Source of the DNA: Eledone cirrhosa
Taxonomy: Eukaryota
Assembly (NCBI GenBank): GCA_964016885.1
Contig: OZ024743.1
Span: 347,014,001-347,078,000 of the forward strand
Direction: 5' to 3'
DNA: 64,000 nucleotides
Shown: positions 11,447-26,239 of the stretch, piece by piece
Layout: the number at the start of each line of letters is the position of its first letter
Numbering within the stretch: the first letter of the stretch is position 1
The notes under the pieces: generated by a model
Seen by the model: only the letters and a program-made list of their open reading frames with translations
The model's database searches: none
What the model was told of the DNA's origin: nothing
Program-made: the position numbers and the translations under genes

Positions 11447-12722
11447 AATAATTGTTTCTACGTTAGGCACAAGGCCAGCAATTACCCAGTGCATTACTGG
11501 TACTTTATTTTATCGACCCCGTAAGGATGAAAGGCAAAGTTAACCTCGGCGGGATTTGAACTCAGATCGTAAAGGGACGTAACTATGCTGGAAATCATGC
11601 GTCCGACCCTCTACCGATACTGCCAATCCACCGCCCTATCAATAATATCCCGGAACAATATCCCCACAGCCAACACAATAACTAGCTCGACTACAACTGC
11701 TAGCAAAGTCCCCATCATCACTACACACAACAATACCACTGCCATTACTATAAACACCATCACTACGATCAACATCATAATTATAATTGTTTCTACGGTT
11801 GGCACAATGCCAGCCATATCCAGTGCATTACTGGTACTTTATTTTATCGACCACGTAAGGATGAAAGGCAAAGTTAACCTCGACAGGATTTGAACTCAGA
11901 ATGGCAAGGGCCGTAACTCTATACGTCAAAGCATGGCGTCCAACCCCCTACCAATACTGCCAATCCAATCATTATTATCTTTACAACTGCCTTTCATCCT
12001 TACGGGAGTCGATAAAATAAAGTACCAGTAATGTACTGGTTAATTGCTGGCCTTGTGCCAACAGTAGAAACAATTATCTTTACAACTGCTACGATCTCTG
12101 CCATCAATGCCAATGTCATCACAACGATTAGCTTCATTATCTCTACCACAAACAACGACAACATCATCACAACCATCATCACCACTCTTTTCACCATGAC
12201 AGCCACCCACACCAAGGAAATCAATGTAATTACCATTTCTCCCTTCACAACCCACATTAAAGGTAATAGCAATATAAACATCGTTCTCAATCCGAAAGAA
12301 ACCACCATAAGCACTTAGTATGAGCGTTACTCACACAGATCTGTCGGATACTTCAAAAAATGTTCCAGTTGTTTGAACCAGAGACAGGATAAAGAAAAGA
12401 CAAACACTATCGGTAGAGGGTCAGCACCATGCTTTGCACTATAGAGTTCCGGACCTTTACGGACTGAGTTCAAATTCCACCGAGGTTAACTTTGCCTTTC
12501 GTCCTTACGGGATCGATAAAATAAATCTAAATTATAATAAAGTAGGAAGTGCGGGATTGTGTACGGTTTATAATTTTTTATCCCATTAGTAAAATAACTT
12601 GGATTACTTTGAATAAATAATTGTTTCTACTTTTGGCACAAGGCCAGCAAATACCCAATGCATTACTGGTACTTTATTCTATCGACCCCGGAAGGATGAA
12701 AGGCAAAGTTTGAATAAATAAT
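11447..12722. mobile_element. Cluster of five SINE copies (11447-11640 -, 11783-11970 -, 11988-12078 +, 12408-12525 +, 12618-12712 -)
   Basis: Same core and tail as 541-710. TSDs CTATCAATAAT, ATTATCTTTACAACTGC and TTTGAATAAATAAT. Confidence 0.85.
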
Positions 12723-13338
12723 GAATGAACATTACATAATTTATCAACTAAATTTCGTGGCTGTTCATTAAATATATTTTATTATTTATTTAAAGATTCA
12801 CTTCTTTAAAATTTTCAAATGTCAACACTTCCGGTGGCGATCGCTTAAATAAACATACTAATTTTCTGTTACTAATTTTCTCCTAATGCAGTTTATATAT
12901 AATATCATATTTTTCTTAATGTATCATGGATTACGTTACTGATTACATAAGAGAGTGTAACACAGTCTACGTTCAATTTCTATTGTCAATTACGATGTTA
13001 TTTGATGTATCATATCTACATATATATATACTTGCGTATAATATCAATATACGCACTATACATGCTAGCAGAAAACAACTCGAAGGCTGGTTTTTCTGCT
13101 AGTTACCAGTAATGCACTGGGTTAATTGCTGGCCTTGTGTCTATATATACCAAAATATGACAATCTGAACTTTCATATGCTCAGTTCAATTTTAGGTCTT
13201 CAGAAAAGAGAGAAGAAATGAATGAGAAAATATTGTCCGTAAAATGACACCTTTAAAATCACAGAACCAACATGTACATGAGCTTTACTGGCAGCATGAC
13301 CCTCACAAAGTATAAAATATCTGTTTCAACACACGTTT

Positions 13339-13371
<33 letters not shown>

Positions 13372-13820
13372 TTAAAAAATAAATATATATATATAACTGA
13401 ACATCACCAATGAATATTTACTGTTCGTTTTTAATGTATTTAGTTTGATTTTGTAGAAACATATGTGAAAAGAATATAGTGACACAATTTTTCATCTTTA
13501 ATACTTTTCCATATATATATATATATATATATATAAATATATATGAGTGTGTGTATATATAAATTTATATATGTATGTATATATGTATGTATGTATGTAT
13601 GTTTGTATGTATGTATGTATGTATGTATGTATGTATGTATGTGTGTATGCATGTATGTGTGAGAGTGTGTGTGGTTGTGGACATAATTATATGCATGAAT
13701 ATTATTAACATTCAAATATTTCTGTATTTCACATATTTTTATTTGAATCTATTAACATATGTCTGTATGAATAACTATATATATATATATATAATATACA
13801 CATCCTTGCACACACAAACG

Positions 13821-13905
<85 letters not shown>

Positions 13906-14465
13906 GTGTACATAAATACACACACATATGCATTTCTATCCATATACATATATACATACAAATATATATATATATATATATATATATTTGTATGTATATA
14001 TGTATATGGATAGAAATGCATATCGCAGAAAAGCACAGAGGGAAATATAGCTATCCCTCTGCTCTTTCATACACATATGCTAATTATCTGAATGTCTTCC
14101 GGCCGTGTAAAGCAGATGTGAAGTCGGCAACACATAGTGACAGTTGATTGCTGATCGTAATTTCCATTTTACTAACAGACTTTCCCACGATATTTTATAG
14201 GCGGCGGCCATTTTGTATTGCTTCTCCCAGTTTTCAGTCTCCAGGAAATTACGTGATTCGTCTAAGCATAGGCACATATTACGTATTTTACATCTATCTA
14301 TAAACACTCGAATAGACTTTCACTTACAAACACTCTAACACGCTCATATTCAAAAGCACAAACATATATACATATATGGATTTTTGATCATTTATGCAGT
14401 ATCAATAATTTAGCCCATGATGTCCCTTATTATTGTTTGTCTATAAATTTTCATCTCTGTATAAT

Positions 14466-14642
<177 letters not shown>

Positions 14643-14651
<9 letters not shown>

Positions 14652-15000
14652 ATATTGATAAATGGAACTATATTTATAAAACCACAATTATTTTATTATA
14701 TATATTTCAAAGGCAACCAATGCATTATTGGTGCGCTTTCATCAGATAAAACACATCACATGATTTGTTTTATAAATATTGACATAACCGTGGAAAAACA
14801 ACCTTGACGGTTGAAAGTTCACTGGATAGTATTTTATCTGATGAAAGCGCACCAAGAATGCCTTGGTTATCCTTGAAATATATGTAATACAATAATTATG
14901 GTTTTATAAATATAGTTTCCAATTATTAATATATTGAATATTTACTCCAGTAACTGTTGAGTGCTTTATATCAGTTATATAACTTCTATATATAACTTTA
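14643..15000. mobile_element. Inverted pair of Penelope pLTR fragments, each with a hammerhead (14691-14751 -, 14832-14892 +)
   Basis: TTTTAT-CTGATGA-AAGCGCACCAA..TTGGTT..-GAAA-TATATR-TA-ATA(A/C)AA on opposite strands. Downstream ACTCCAGT..GAGTGCT also occurs at 40035-40062. Confidence 0.75.
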
Positions 15001-15020
15001 ATTTTATACCTAATTGTGTA

Positions 15021-15269
15021 AATTTTATACCTAATTGTGTATGATTGATGATATATTCAATCGATTTCCACGTGCTATTGAAATGCTGGGTATATATTCT
15101 ATAGCTGTTGATCGCGAATAGATGGCTGTCGTTTATGTATCTATTATTTCTTCATAGGTGCCTTTTAATCTTATAGCCTGGTTTAATTGTTTTTTTGTGT
15201 GCTTGATTATGCTGATTGTGAGAGGAGATGGTGTATATATCTTATCAAATGATTCTATGGACATACTTT

Positions 15270-15364
<95 letters not shown>

Positions 15365-15418
15365 ATGTAGAATTATACAGAGATGTATACATATACTATT
15401 TTTTATATATTTGCGCGT

Positions 15419-15449
<31 letters not shown>

Positions 15450-15701
15450 AAAGCATGTACATAGAATCATTTGATAATATATATGTACACCATTTCCTCT
15501 CCCAATTAGCATAATTAACCACACAAAAAATCAATTAGACAAGGCTATAAGAATAACAGGCACCTATGAAGAAATAGTAGATAAATAAACTACAGCAATC
15601 TCTTCACGACCAACCGTCATAGAATATTTACCCAACATTTCAACAGCACGTGGAAATCGATTAAATATACCGTCAACTATACACAATTAGGTATAAAATT
15701 T
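15021..15701. repeat. Diverged ~255-bp inverted repeat (15021-15275 / 15441-15701) around a (TA)n core
   Basis: Arms align in reverse complement, e.g. AATTTTATACCTAATTGTGTAT and TCGATTTCCACGTGCT. Confidence 0.8.
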
Positions 15702-15741
15702 AAGTTAGAAGAAAAAATGCATATACACATACCAGGATCAC

Positions 15742-15821
15742 ATTTCTACCGTAGGGTTTCGTTCGCCTTCGGAAACATCCCACTGAGGATACAATCTCGA
15801 GCATCGAACTCATCAGGAAAC
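15742..15821 (-). ncRNA. Type I hammerhead ribozyme with enlarged stem II
   Basis: GTTTC-CTGATGA-GTTCG..(39 nt)..CGAAC-GAAA-CC(CTAC)GG-TA-GAAAT; triplet GUA. Confidence 0.75.
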
Positions 15822-15967
15822 AAACTCACTTGGACAAAGCAATCTTCCCAAGTGATCTCCACCAGAAACGAACCCAAAATGGCCAAGAACGCGACGCGGC
15901 AGTGGTCAAGTCAGAAAGAATGTGATTGGTTACTTACATAATATATACATATATATACATACATATA

Positions 15968-16007
<40 letters not shown>

Positions 16008-16012
<5 letters not shown>

Positions 16013-16096
16013 GAAATTTCGTTTCATTTTTTCTATTTATATATATATAAAGAAAAAATGAAACGAAATTTCATTTCTCACTCTTAGTACGGCATA
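16008..16096. repeat. Hairpin made of two inverted ends of a short repeat also present at 42568-42607
   Basis: GAAATGAAATTTCGTTTCATTTTTTCT ... AGAAAAAATGAAACGAAATTTCATTTC. Confidence 0.7.
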
Positions 16097-16177
<81 letters not shown>

Positions 16178-16338
16178 ATTATTTATTAATACGTACAGAT
16201 TTATAGGAAATATGTTGAAGCTAGGAGAATTGATATCACTTGTCAATATATTTATCCATATTTCCACGTCCATTACATTCTTCTTGCTGTCTCCCTCCTT
16301 TCGTAGTTCCAAATTTCTCTCTCTCTCTCTCTCTATCT

Positions 16339-16461
<123 letters not shown>

Positions 16462-18316
16462 GCACACACAACCACACACACACACATATATATATAATGC
16501 CTCATCCGCTATTCACCTATCTATTTAACTGTCTGTTCCCCTATCAATCTTCAAGCATTTGACCTATTAAAGTCACATTTGACCTATTAAAGTATCTTTC
16601 TTCTTGTTTTTGTCGTTATGATTATCGTAATATTTGTATATATTGCTTTTATCACAGTTTTTTTTTCTAATTTTGTATTTTGTATTAAGTTCCTTTTTCT
16701 TATTCATTCGTGTTTGTTGTAGCCACTATTGGGGGTCTTTTCCTTACCGGAGCTGTTTTTTATGATCGTGCGGTCGTCGCGAGTTCTTGTGTTGCTGCTT
16801 TCCTATCTATTACTGAAGACATTTTTTTGTTATTTTATTTGAAATATTTTAGTAAGGGACAATAATGCAGTGTCTCCGAGACTTGTGACAAGATGGGAAA
16901 ATAGATATGCAGAAACCGGACATTTAGCTCGAATGATTGCAACAGATTGATCTCTACTAATGATACCAAAATGCCTGGTGGTAGTATTAAATCATGTAAT
17001 GAATTAGCTATTATCAGTCTTTTAGACCAGAGTAGTGCTAGAACAATGTGAAAAAGGAGCTAGATCAAATACGCAAAACACTGAGTCTTGCACCCATCAA
17101 TTTTCCCCAACTCACAGCAACTTTATTTTATTGACCCTTTAAAAAATAAATGTAAATTTAACCGTCGTGTTATGGTTTTGATGCGGTTGATATCATATTC
17201 ATTGTTGTTGATTTTTAATTTGCTGCTCTTGTTTATCAACAGGTCAACAGCGATCAAGTATTTAAGTAGCCGTAACCATACTATACAGCAACCATTGTAG
17301 TGGAATATCTTGGATAATAAAAGCAGATGTTGATGATGGCTTTCGTATTTAAGAAGGGGCTGTGTCCATTACTCCTGCAGACGTTTCCACACGGGACAGA
17401 CTAATGCCATTATTTTCAATTAGAAAATGTGGGCGTATTTGACCCTTGCATTTCCTTTTCCTTTTCAATGCATTAGGGTGTGATTTTGAGGCTAATGTAC
17501 TGCTAGATTCAGTGCCTAAAGACAATAATACCATACTATCAAAGCCATTACCACTGTCACAATTTCAAACAGCTTCAGTGACCTCTTCTCCTCACACACT
17601 CTACAATACGCTCTAATAACGGAAATAATTCTTTACGCCTTCTAGATCTTCTCAATATCCGAACCAAAGTTATTTAAAAAGGAGAGAGAAAAATATACAC
17701 ATTGAAGTACGAAGGATTGGTTCTACTATAGTTATAAACATATGCGAATGGTCACCTTTTAGTTTCAGGCGGGCCTGACTTGAGATAAAACGACAAATGG
17801 AACACCAGCAACAATAATTCTTATAAATGTTGCAGTTTTAGAGATTTCCTACTCTATATTCAGGCATCATATCGTTTACCCACCAATATACACAGTTAAT
17901 AGTAACTTAATAGACTCCACATAACTCTGACAGCCACTCATTCATTCTACTTACTTAGTCTTGGAGGGTCTACACGCTGGATGAGCATGGTTTTAATGTA
18001 CTAAGTAGACACATACACATTCACATACATACATTCAGATACACATGCAGATACACAGAGACACACACACAACAGCACCTGTATGTACTTACATTTACAG
18101 AGAAATATATATATATATATGTTTCTGTGTTTATGTGTGTGTGCCTCAATGTTTGTTTGATTGTGTACTTGCGCGTATATGTGTGTAGGTCTATGATTTG
18201 CATGAGTGTATACTTGTTCTTGCATGTGTAAGTATTTTTTGTACGTGTATGCTTTTTTATATATGTGTAGATACGTACCAACACATACATAAACCTTTGA
18301 TACAGAGTAAGAGAGA

Positions 18317-18405
<89 letters not shown>

Positions 18406-18629
18406 AATTGCCTGAGAGAATGAACGAAAGGTGGGAAGAAAATATGAATGTTTCAAGACTGTAATGATTTATTAACCAATATTTAAAATTTATAAATGGA
18501 TATTTAGTGTATTTTGAAAACAAATCTTTAAAAAATTTCTCGATAATAATATCACGGAATAATCAATTAATCAACCATCCATTACACTTAACCGTTGATC
18601 TACCACACACAAACACACACTATATATAT

Positions 18630-19105
18630 ATTAAAATAACAGATTAAATTTTAAGTAAAGAATCGCTTAATCGTATTTTCTTCGTTTTTTCCGTTCATTG
18701 CCAGCGAACTTCTCCATGAACCACATAAAAGAATATTAGTCTACGACTTCTTGTATACCATAAACGTGGTTTTGTCTTTGCGTGTAATTGTTTTTCACCA
18801 CCCCAAATAATGACGTATTATCTTAGTTTTTTCCCGTTCTTTGCCAGGGAACGTTTCCACGAACCAAAGTATCGTCTTCCTGTCTTCCTCTGGTTGCAAC
18901 GTTTTTTGAAATATTTACTTCTGCGTTCACAGATTGACTTTTTTAGTTTCAGAAGATCCCGTTAAGGGTGAAAGCACCGATTCTCTGCGTAAAATTTAAT
19001 CTGTTATTTTAATAAATATTTGCTCTACGATACTTATATATTTGATATATATTTATCCTTATCGAGCCCTCTTTGGGTTTTAGTCTTCAAATTTATTATT
19101 ATAAC
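18630..19105 (+). mobile_element. Non-coding PLE-like repeat with CAGAAGA hammerhead variant (18945-18995) and short inverted 5' piece
   Basis: Homologous to 33480-34400, 34490-34670 and 58953-60420. Flanked by (TA)n. Confidence 0.7.
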
Positions 19106-19127
19106 TATATATATATATACACTATTT

Positions 19128-19372
19128 CGATGGCCGTTGACTGTGTTGAGTTCCTCCTCCCATTGCCGGGACTTGCATTTCATACCGCAGGGTGTGCAAA
19201 TTTAAACCCCCTCACCAATCAAGTTGGTGGGGTTGCCGGTTTAGTCGCCGACTAAATACAACAACATGCGGCTTCGGAAGCATCCGATGATGTTGATCAG
19301 TTCTCCTTTCCAGTAGGGTTTTCGATGCTCAGAGAGTGGGATTGGTCGAGTGCAATGCCTTTCCCCACTTAA
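19128..19372. mobile_element. Two RTE 5'UTR fragments joined in inverted orientation
   Basis: GGTGGGGTTGCCGGTTTAGTCGCCGAC (minus sense), then GAGAGTGGGATTGG..GTGCAATGCCTTT (plus sense). Both match the 6445-7053 element. Confidence 0.6.
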
Positions 19373-19615
19373 AAAAAAATTCAAACCTTTGGCATTGCTT
19401 ATTCAGGGTCTCTTATAATCTGACAAAATTATAAGTTTGAAGAACAGTCAGACAAGATATATGCAATTCTTTTCCTCCTTAGTCCGTAGAAATCAATTAG
19501 AAAAATAAACGGACCTAAGTTTAAAATGTAACTTTGAAAAAATAACAGATAAATGTCACAGACTTTCCTCTGTGAGAAACAGTCAGATAAAATTTACCTA
19601 GTCCTTCCTCTTAGT

Positions 19616-19686
<71 letters not shown>

Positions 19687-19714
19687 ACATATACATGTAT
19701 ATATGTACATATAA

Positions 19715-19795
<81 letters not shown>

Positions 19796-20024
19796 AAAAA
19801 GAATGTGGTCATACTTTTTCCTATTACCCACTCTACTACCCTAAGTATTGAGTACTCTGGTGCGTTATGGTCCATCTGGTTCCTTATCACAATTCCTTCG
19901 TTATATATATATATATATAAATACACATGAACAAAATATAGGTACGTCAATTTGAAAAAAAAAGACAATCATATTCAGTGATGTTGGTGGAAATATATAG
20001 ACATATGGATATGTATGTATATGT

Positions 20025-20186
20025 TGCTGTTGTTCTTGGTGTTGTTGTTGATGTTGATGTTGTTGTTGATGTTGTCGTTGTTGTTATTGATCTTGTTGTT
20101 GATGTTGTCGTTGTTGTTATTGATCTTGTTGTTGTTGTTGTTGTTGTTGCTGCTGCTGCTGTTGTTGTTGTTGTTGTTGTTGTTGC

Positions 20187-20229
<43 letters not shown>

Positions 20230-20306
20230 CTTCTTCTTCTTCTTCTTCTTCTTCTTCTTCTTCTTCTTCTTCTTCTTCTTCTTCTTCTTCTTCTTCTTCT
20301 TCTTCT
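20025..20306. repeat. Compound (GTT)n/(GCT)n/(CTT)n microsatellite
   Basis: Direct inspection. Confidence 0.95.
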
Positions 20307-20659
20307 CTGCCTTCTCTCACTCATCCTCCACCTCCACCTTTCTTTGTGATTTCCTTCGAACGAAACAGTTCTAGACCTGTAGAAGCTATTTCTATATTAA
20401 ATATATATATGTATATAATTTGTAATATTTTTACATATATCTGTATGATATACATACCAACAAACATATACATCACATTTTTTAATATAAGGAACGTGTT
20501 CTTTGTTTTTATTTCATTGTTTTTATTAATTTATCTTTGACTCTGTTTTCCTGTGATTTTTATCGAACAATTTTCTATGCATCTTCTCTTTTCATGATAT
20601 TTGGATTACATTGAGTTCTTCATACGGATTGGACACTACCGTATATTTTGGTAGATTTA

Positions 20660-20697
<38 letters not shown>

Positions 20698-20719
20698 GCG
20701 GCGATGAATTAGTTTAGCG

Positions 20720-21005
20720 AGACATACAACACAACAGGAGGAAAAAATATAACACCACTGACGATGTTGCAGATGTGCAACGAAAGATTTATGTAAATTA
20801 TGTAAACTATATATATGTGTGTGTGTCTATATTGTATCTGTATTATTTTTGACCGTCGGTCAGTCAATGGCAACATTGAGGACCGATTAAGTTAGATCGC
20901 AGATATAAAAGACAGCGAGAAGCGAAAACCAACCAAACAGTGAGTGTGTTCTGTTATTAATTCTGGCAATATTACACAAATATGACCCTCCCCAAGTATA
21001 ACAAT
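20720..21005 (+). mobile_element. pLTR-like repeat with decayed hammerhead (20753-20794)
   Basis: CTGACGA-TGTTGCA..TGCAAC-GAAA. Homologous to 58625-58885. Confidence 0.6.
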
Positions 21006-21299
21006 ATTTATATATGTATATACATATATACATATATACATATATATATATATAGTATAGAAAAGGTCTATCTATATATAAAGAGCATATTGTTATACTG
21101 GTATGTATGTATGTGGTTTTGTTATGTTTCTATATTAAAGTAATTTAATAATGCTATGTATGCATGATCCCGTAACTCTTACAGCGTTCCTTAGGGCATT
21201 TTAAACCTGGCGGAGCCAATATCCTCTCCAGTTCGGAACACAACAGATTTTTTCAAAGAAGAAGAGAATTTGATAGAATGGATGTGCGAAAGAGATAAA

Positions 21300-21510
21300 G
21301 AGGAAGAATCGACACACATACTTGACTGTTGTTACTTTTTTATTGACATCGAAAATATTAAAGGCAAATCTGACTTCGGCGGCATTTGAACTCAAACAGC
21401 AGACATCAGAAACGAATACCACAATGCATGCTATCCGATAGTCTAACAATTTTACCATTTCGATGCCTTCTAATAATGGTTTCTTATATAGGCACAAGAC
21501 CAGCATCGAC
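21300..21510 (-). mobile_element. Old diverged SINE copy and tail fragment
   Basis: AAGGCAAATCTGACTTCGGCGGCATTTGAACTCA matches the reverse SINE head/core. Confidence 0.55.
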
Positions 21511-21795
21511 GCCTTCTAATAATGCTATACATATATGCATACATACGTTTGTATTATGATTTTATGTAGAAATATTATGTGAGCAATCGTATCACCGAAA
21601 TCTAACTATATTCCCCGCCATCACCACTAGCATTATTACCACCACTTACATTGCTATCACTACTTACACACACATTTACACACAATTATATGCTAAATGT
21701 CTACTTATGATATATCGTTTTTTTTTTCTATATATATTTGTTTGGCATTCGTTTTGCAGAGAGAGATAGAGAGAATTTCAAACAGACTGAAAGTC

Positions 21796-21995
21796 NNNNN
21801 NNNNNNNNNNNNNNNNNNNNNNNNNNNNNNNNNNNNNNNNNNNNNNNNNNNNNNNNNNNNNNNNNNNNNNNNNNNNNNNNNNNNNNNNNNNNNNNNNNNN
21901 NNNNNNNNNNNNNNNNNNNNNNNNNNNNNNNNNNNNNNNNNNNNNNNNNNNNNNNNNNNNNNNNNNNNNNNNNNNNNNNNNNNNNNNNNNNNNNN
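21796..21995. other. Assembly gap (200 N)
   Basis: Run of N. Confidence 1.
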
Positions 21996-22007
21996 TATAT
22001 ATATATA

Positions 22008-22097
<90 letters not shown>

Positions 22098-22260
22098 GTG
22101 TGTGTTTATATGTATATATATGCATATATATGTATGTATATATGTGTGTGTGTGTAAGATCCAAATTTAATATGACAGAAATTATTTCAATAATTACTAC
22201 TATCTTATTGTTATAACTTTTATGCAGCAAACGTGCACACCATATATATACATACATACT

Positions 22261-22345
<85 letters not shown>

Positions 22346-22372
22346 ACATATATACATACATATATATATTTG

Positions 22373-22418
<46 letters not shown>

Positions 22419-22478
22419 CATATATACATACATTTATATATATATATGTATATATATACATATATACATACATACATG

Positions 22479-22512
<34 letters not shown>

Positions 22513-22763
22513 CATAAATATACATATATATATTACATGTATATATATATATGTGTATGTGTGTGTGTATGTATGCGTGTGTGTGTATGTGTGTGTATGT
22601 GTGTGTGTGTGTGTATGATACTAATGGCGTCGGATAAGATGATGTCAGAAGTGGTGTTAATATTAGTTTCCGGTCATGTGCCTATATTAATAACCACTAT
22701 TAGAATTACGTTACTGTAGGTGGTGAAGATGTTGGCACTGTTGATATGTGCTTCTTGTTAATG

Positions 22764-22826
<63 letters not shown>

Positions 22827-22896
22827 AAAATATATATACATATATAAGCATATATATATATATATATATATATAAACATATATATATATATATATA

Positions 22897-23055
<159 letters not shown>

Positions 23056-25189
23056 ATATACATATGCATAGGATTATATATATTTGTGTGTGTGTGTGTG
23101 CGTGTTTGCGTACGTGTGTGTGTGCGCGTGTATGTGTGTGTGCATGTGTATATGTGTGTTTGTCTGTGTGTGTACGTGTTTTTTGCTGGTAGTTCTGGTT
23201 CTGGTAGTGCTCAAAATAATCTAACGGAAATTAAGTTAGCGTTGTTGTTAATATTCTTGTTTATTATTATCATCATTATTATTATTATCATCATCATTAT
23301 CATCACCATCATTATTATTAATGTTGTTACTTTTCTTTATTTATTCACGTTGTTGTTATTTCTGTGACGTTTAAAATGCGTGGATGATGTTGCTGATGAG
23401 TGATGGCGTGCTATTATTGATAATTTCTCATAAATATTTCTTTGTTTATTTATGTATTAAAAAATTATTTATTTATTATTGAAACATTTTGTTTTTTCTA
23501 GGGTTGTCTGTTTGGAAATGTTGCTAGCAATATATTTTGGCTGATAGATAACCTCATTTCTCATCAACAATCTTGCAGCAATCATCACCGTTACCTTGGC
23601 TACTAACGCCAGCAACGTGTTCATCATCATCACTTCATTGTACATCGTTATGATCATCATCATCATCTGTAACAACAGCAGCAGCAGCAGCAGCAGGTGT
23701 GGCTGCAGTATTATCCTCATAATTATCATCGTGTTCATTAAGGCTTTCGTCATCACTTTCATTACCATGTTTGTCATCATCATCATCATCATCATCATCA
23801 TCACCATCAATCTCACCATCATCCTCATCATCATTATTAAAATCATCCCTATCACCAACACTATCACCATCAGGGATTATAAAACCACTTGTTTCATTTG
23901 AGATATGCATTCTATTTCATCATTTGATATTATTTTGTAAGGTTTTTGTTCATTTGAAGATAGATACTCACCTCCTGGAACAAGTACTGACAAATGACAC
24001 CTATAGCGTTCCGATTTTGGATACCTCCCCTACCTCTGCTATGATGTCAACCAATAAACCTATACATGACAAAATATACTGCTAGGAGATCATGTGAATG
24101 CAGCTATGTGATCAATTATCTGACCAGAAATATCCACCAAATTTTTATTAGAATGCGGTGTCGCCTGTAATAAAACGGAAAGTCTAATTGTATAATTGTC
24201 TATTTTTGTGTCATGCCTCTTAATGGGTTCACCTTTATATAATAGAATATGTGTTTGCGCACCGGAACGCTAAGATGTGTGGTTGTTGTGTTGGCATTGT
24301 GTTGGTTCTAATATTTGTTTTTTCACGGAACCCTTATATGCTTCTCGAAAAATCGCTGAAACCACACCTGCATTTTACAGGCAGTCCTTATCATCTTTAA
24401 TTTAATGAGACTTCAAACATTTTAGAGGGATAATTTGTTTCTATAAATAAAGATAAAATATGATAAATGTTTTTTTTTAAATTAAATTTCATTAAAATCC
24501 ACTGAAGTCTAGACTTCTGTCTGGAAACAGATTCCTCGGAGCCAATTTTCGAAACAGTGATACAGGGTGTAAGAGATAGGAAATCGGCTGTGTACTGCAA
24601 TCGATTTATCACTGCATCTGCCACATGAATCCTATTGATGTGGATATTTCCTTTTCTATTGTACCATGATAGCCTATTACATGTTCTCACAGATTTACAA
24701 TCGAATTCATTTACCCCAGTTCATGAGGGATAATTTATTTTAACGATATGTGAAACTTGAAATGAAAAACACATAAATATATTGACATCTGGACCAAGTG
24801 ACTAATGAATGTGCCAATTAACAATCAAGCGTGCTAGATACAATAAAACTCTAAAAATACATTTGAACATACAGCTAATAATGTGTTAATACAAAGGCTA
24901 ACTATATTACATTCTGAGATGTCCAGTTTACTTGATCTCAAACAAAACAGAAAATAACAGTGTTTCCTAGTCAGTTTAGTCTATGTCCTCCATCACCCAG
25001 GAAACTTCGAGAGATTTGATGCGCAAACCACTGACGTATATCTAAACACGGGTTAGGATTAAACAGTTTTAAATGTTATAATGTTAAGCCTGATAGTTTT
25101 TATAGAAACATATATGCAATGTATGAAACTGAGTACAATACCAAGATTATCGTCACGTGATTCCGAAACAGGTGTTTGATCAATTAATT

Positions 25190-26235
25190 AGATATTCTTG
25201 ATGTATCTGAATTGCAATGGAATGTCCTGACCAATGCGAAAGAGTACACAGTGGGACACCTCCAGTGCAACACCTGCTCCAAGGAAATTATACATATGTT
25301 GCTTGCTAATGAACCACTAATCAAGATAGAGATTGAACTCAATACATCATGTAGACAGAGGATATATAATATAATATTGAACCTCAAATCCGCACACGAC
25401 TACAAAGTGTAAAACCCTTTGCTACTCTTATGTTCATATAGAGCACTAACCTCTTTATACATTGAAACTAATGACACAGATTGTTTACAAGGCACACACC
25501 AGTATATGGCGTACCTAACACACACTCAACAATATGAGTGACAATTAGTGATTGCTACTCGAATATAAACCCTTCAAACAGTAAATAACTCAGACGTCCC
25601 TACATAGCTGTCCAATTTAGCAACCCATTATGCCAAACAATTTTCCAAGACTGAATTACACATTAAGACACATACCCCGAATCTGCGTAATAATAAGACA
25701 CCAAAAATAACAATTCCTCGTAGTAATAATCAAAGAAATTATACACACAATACTACTGGTATACACCAAAACCCGCCATGGAAACTACATAACTTTCAGA
25801 AGAAATCACAAATGAGATTAACAATTCATCAAAGAAAACCATTCAGTAACACAAAAGTAGTTCAACTATATTCCAAAAATCTGCCTGTAGTATGAAGCAT
25901 ATATTACGAAAGAATAACGAAACAACCATGATACAGAGCACTTAGCAATAACCAACAACATTAACTAACCAACGAAAGGCTTAAACTAAACGCCTGCAAC
26001 ACTCGTTTAATTTATCAAAATATTATCGAAACAGAGAAACATGCCATTACACAACAACTATACAACACCCACGAACAATGCGACCACAAAATATCTTACA
26101 TCAACACAACCCACTATTTCATTTCTCCCAAAAAGAAACTGACAGTACATCCCATTACAAAACAGTGACGATATACTTAAAAGCTCAAGAAAGGGGACAA
26201 TACTATATTAACAAACCACCAGAGCCATTTAACTA
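25190..26235 (+). pseudogene. Heavily decayed Penelope-like RT remnant, interrupted by the Chapaev3 element
   Basis: A-rich coding-like composition and a frameshifted YTK..GNYITF motif near 25760-25800 typical of PLE RT. No clean ORF. Confidence 0.35.
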
Positions 26236-26239
26236 ATTA

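Noticed and set aside
13140-13210. CTGAAGA plus hairpin on the minus strand as another HHR; similar partial hits near 2490, 7575, 15045 and 40640-40720
   Set aside because: Missing or mutated core halves and no closing stems.
17349-17534. Possible host exon (61 aa)
   Set aside because: No recognisable domain, an in-frame stop just upstream, and no partner exons. Small host exons cannot be excluded without RNA data.
21697-22515. ORFs spanning X residues
   Set aside because: Artefact of the 200-N gap.
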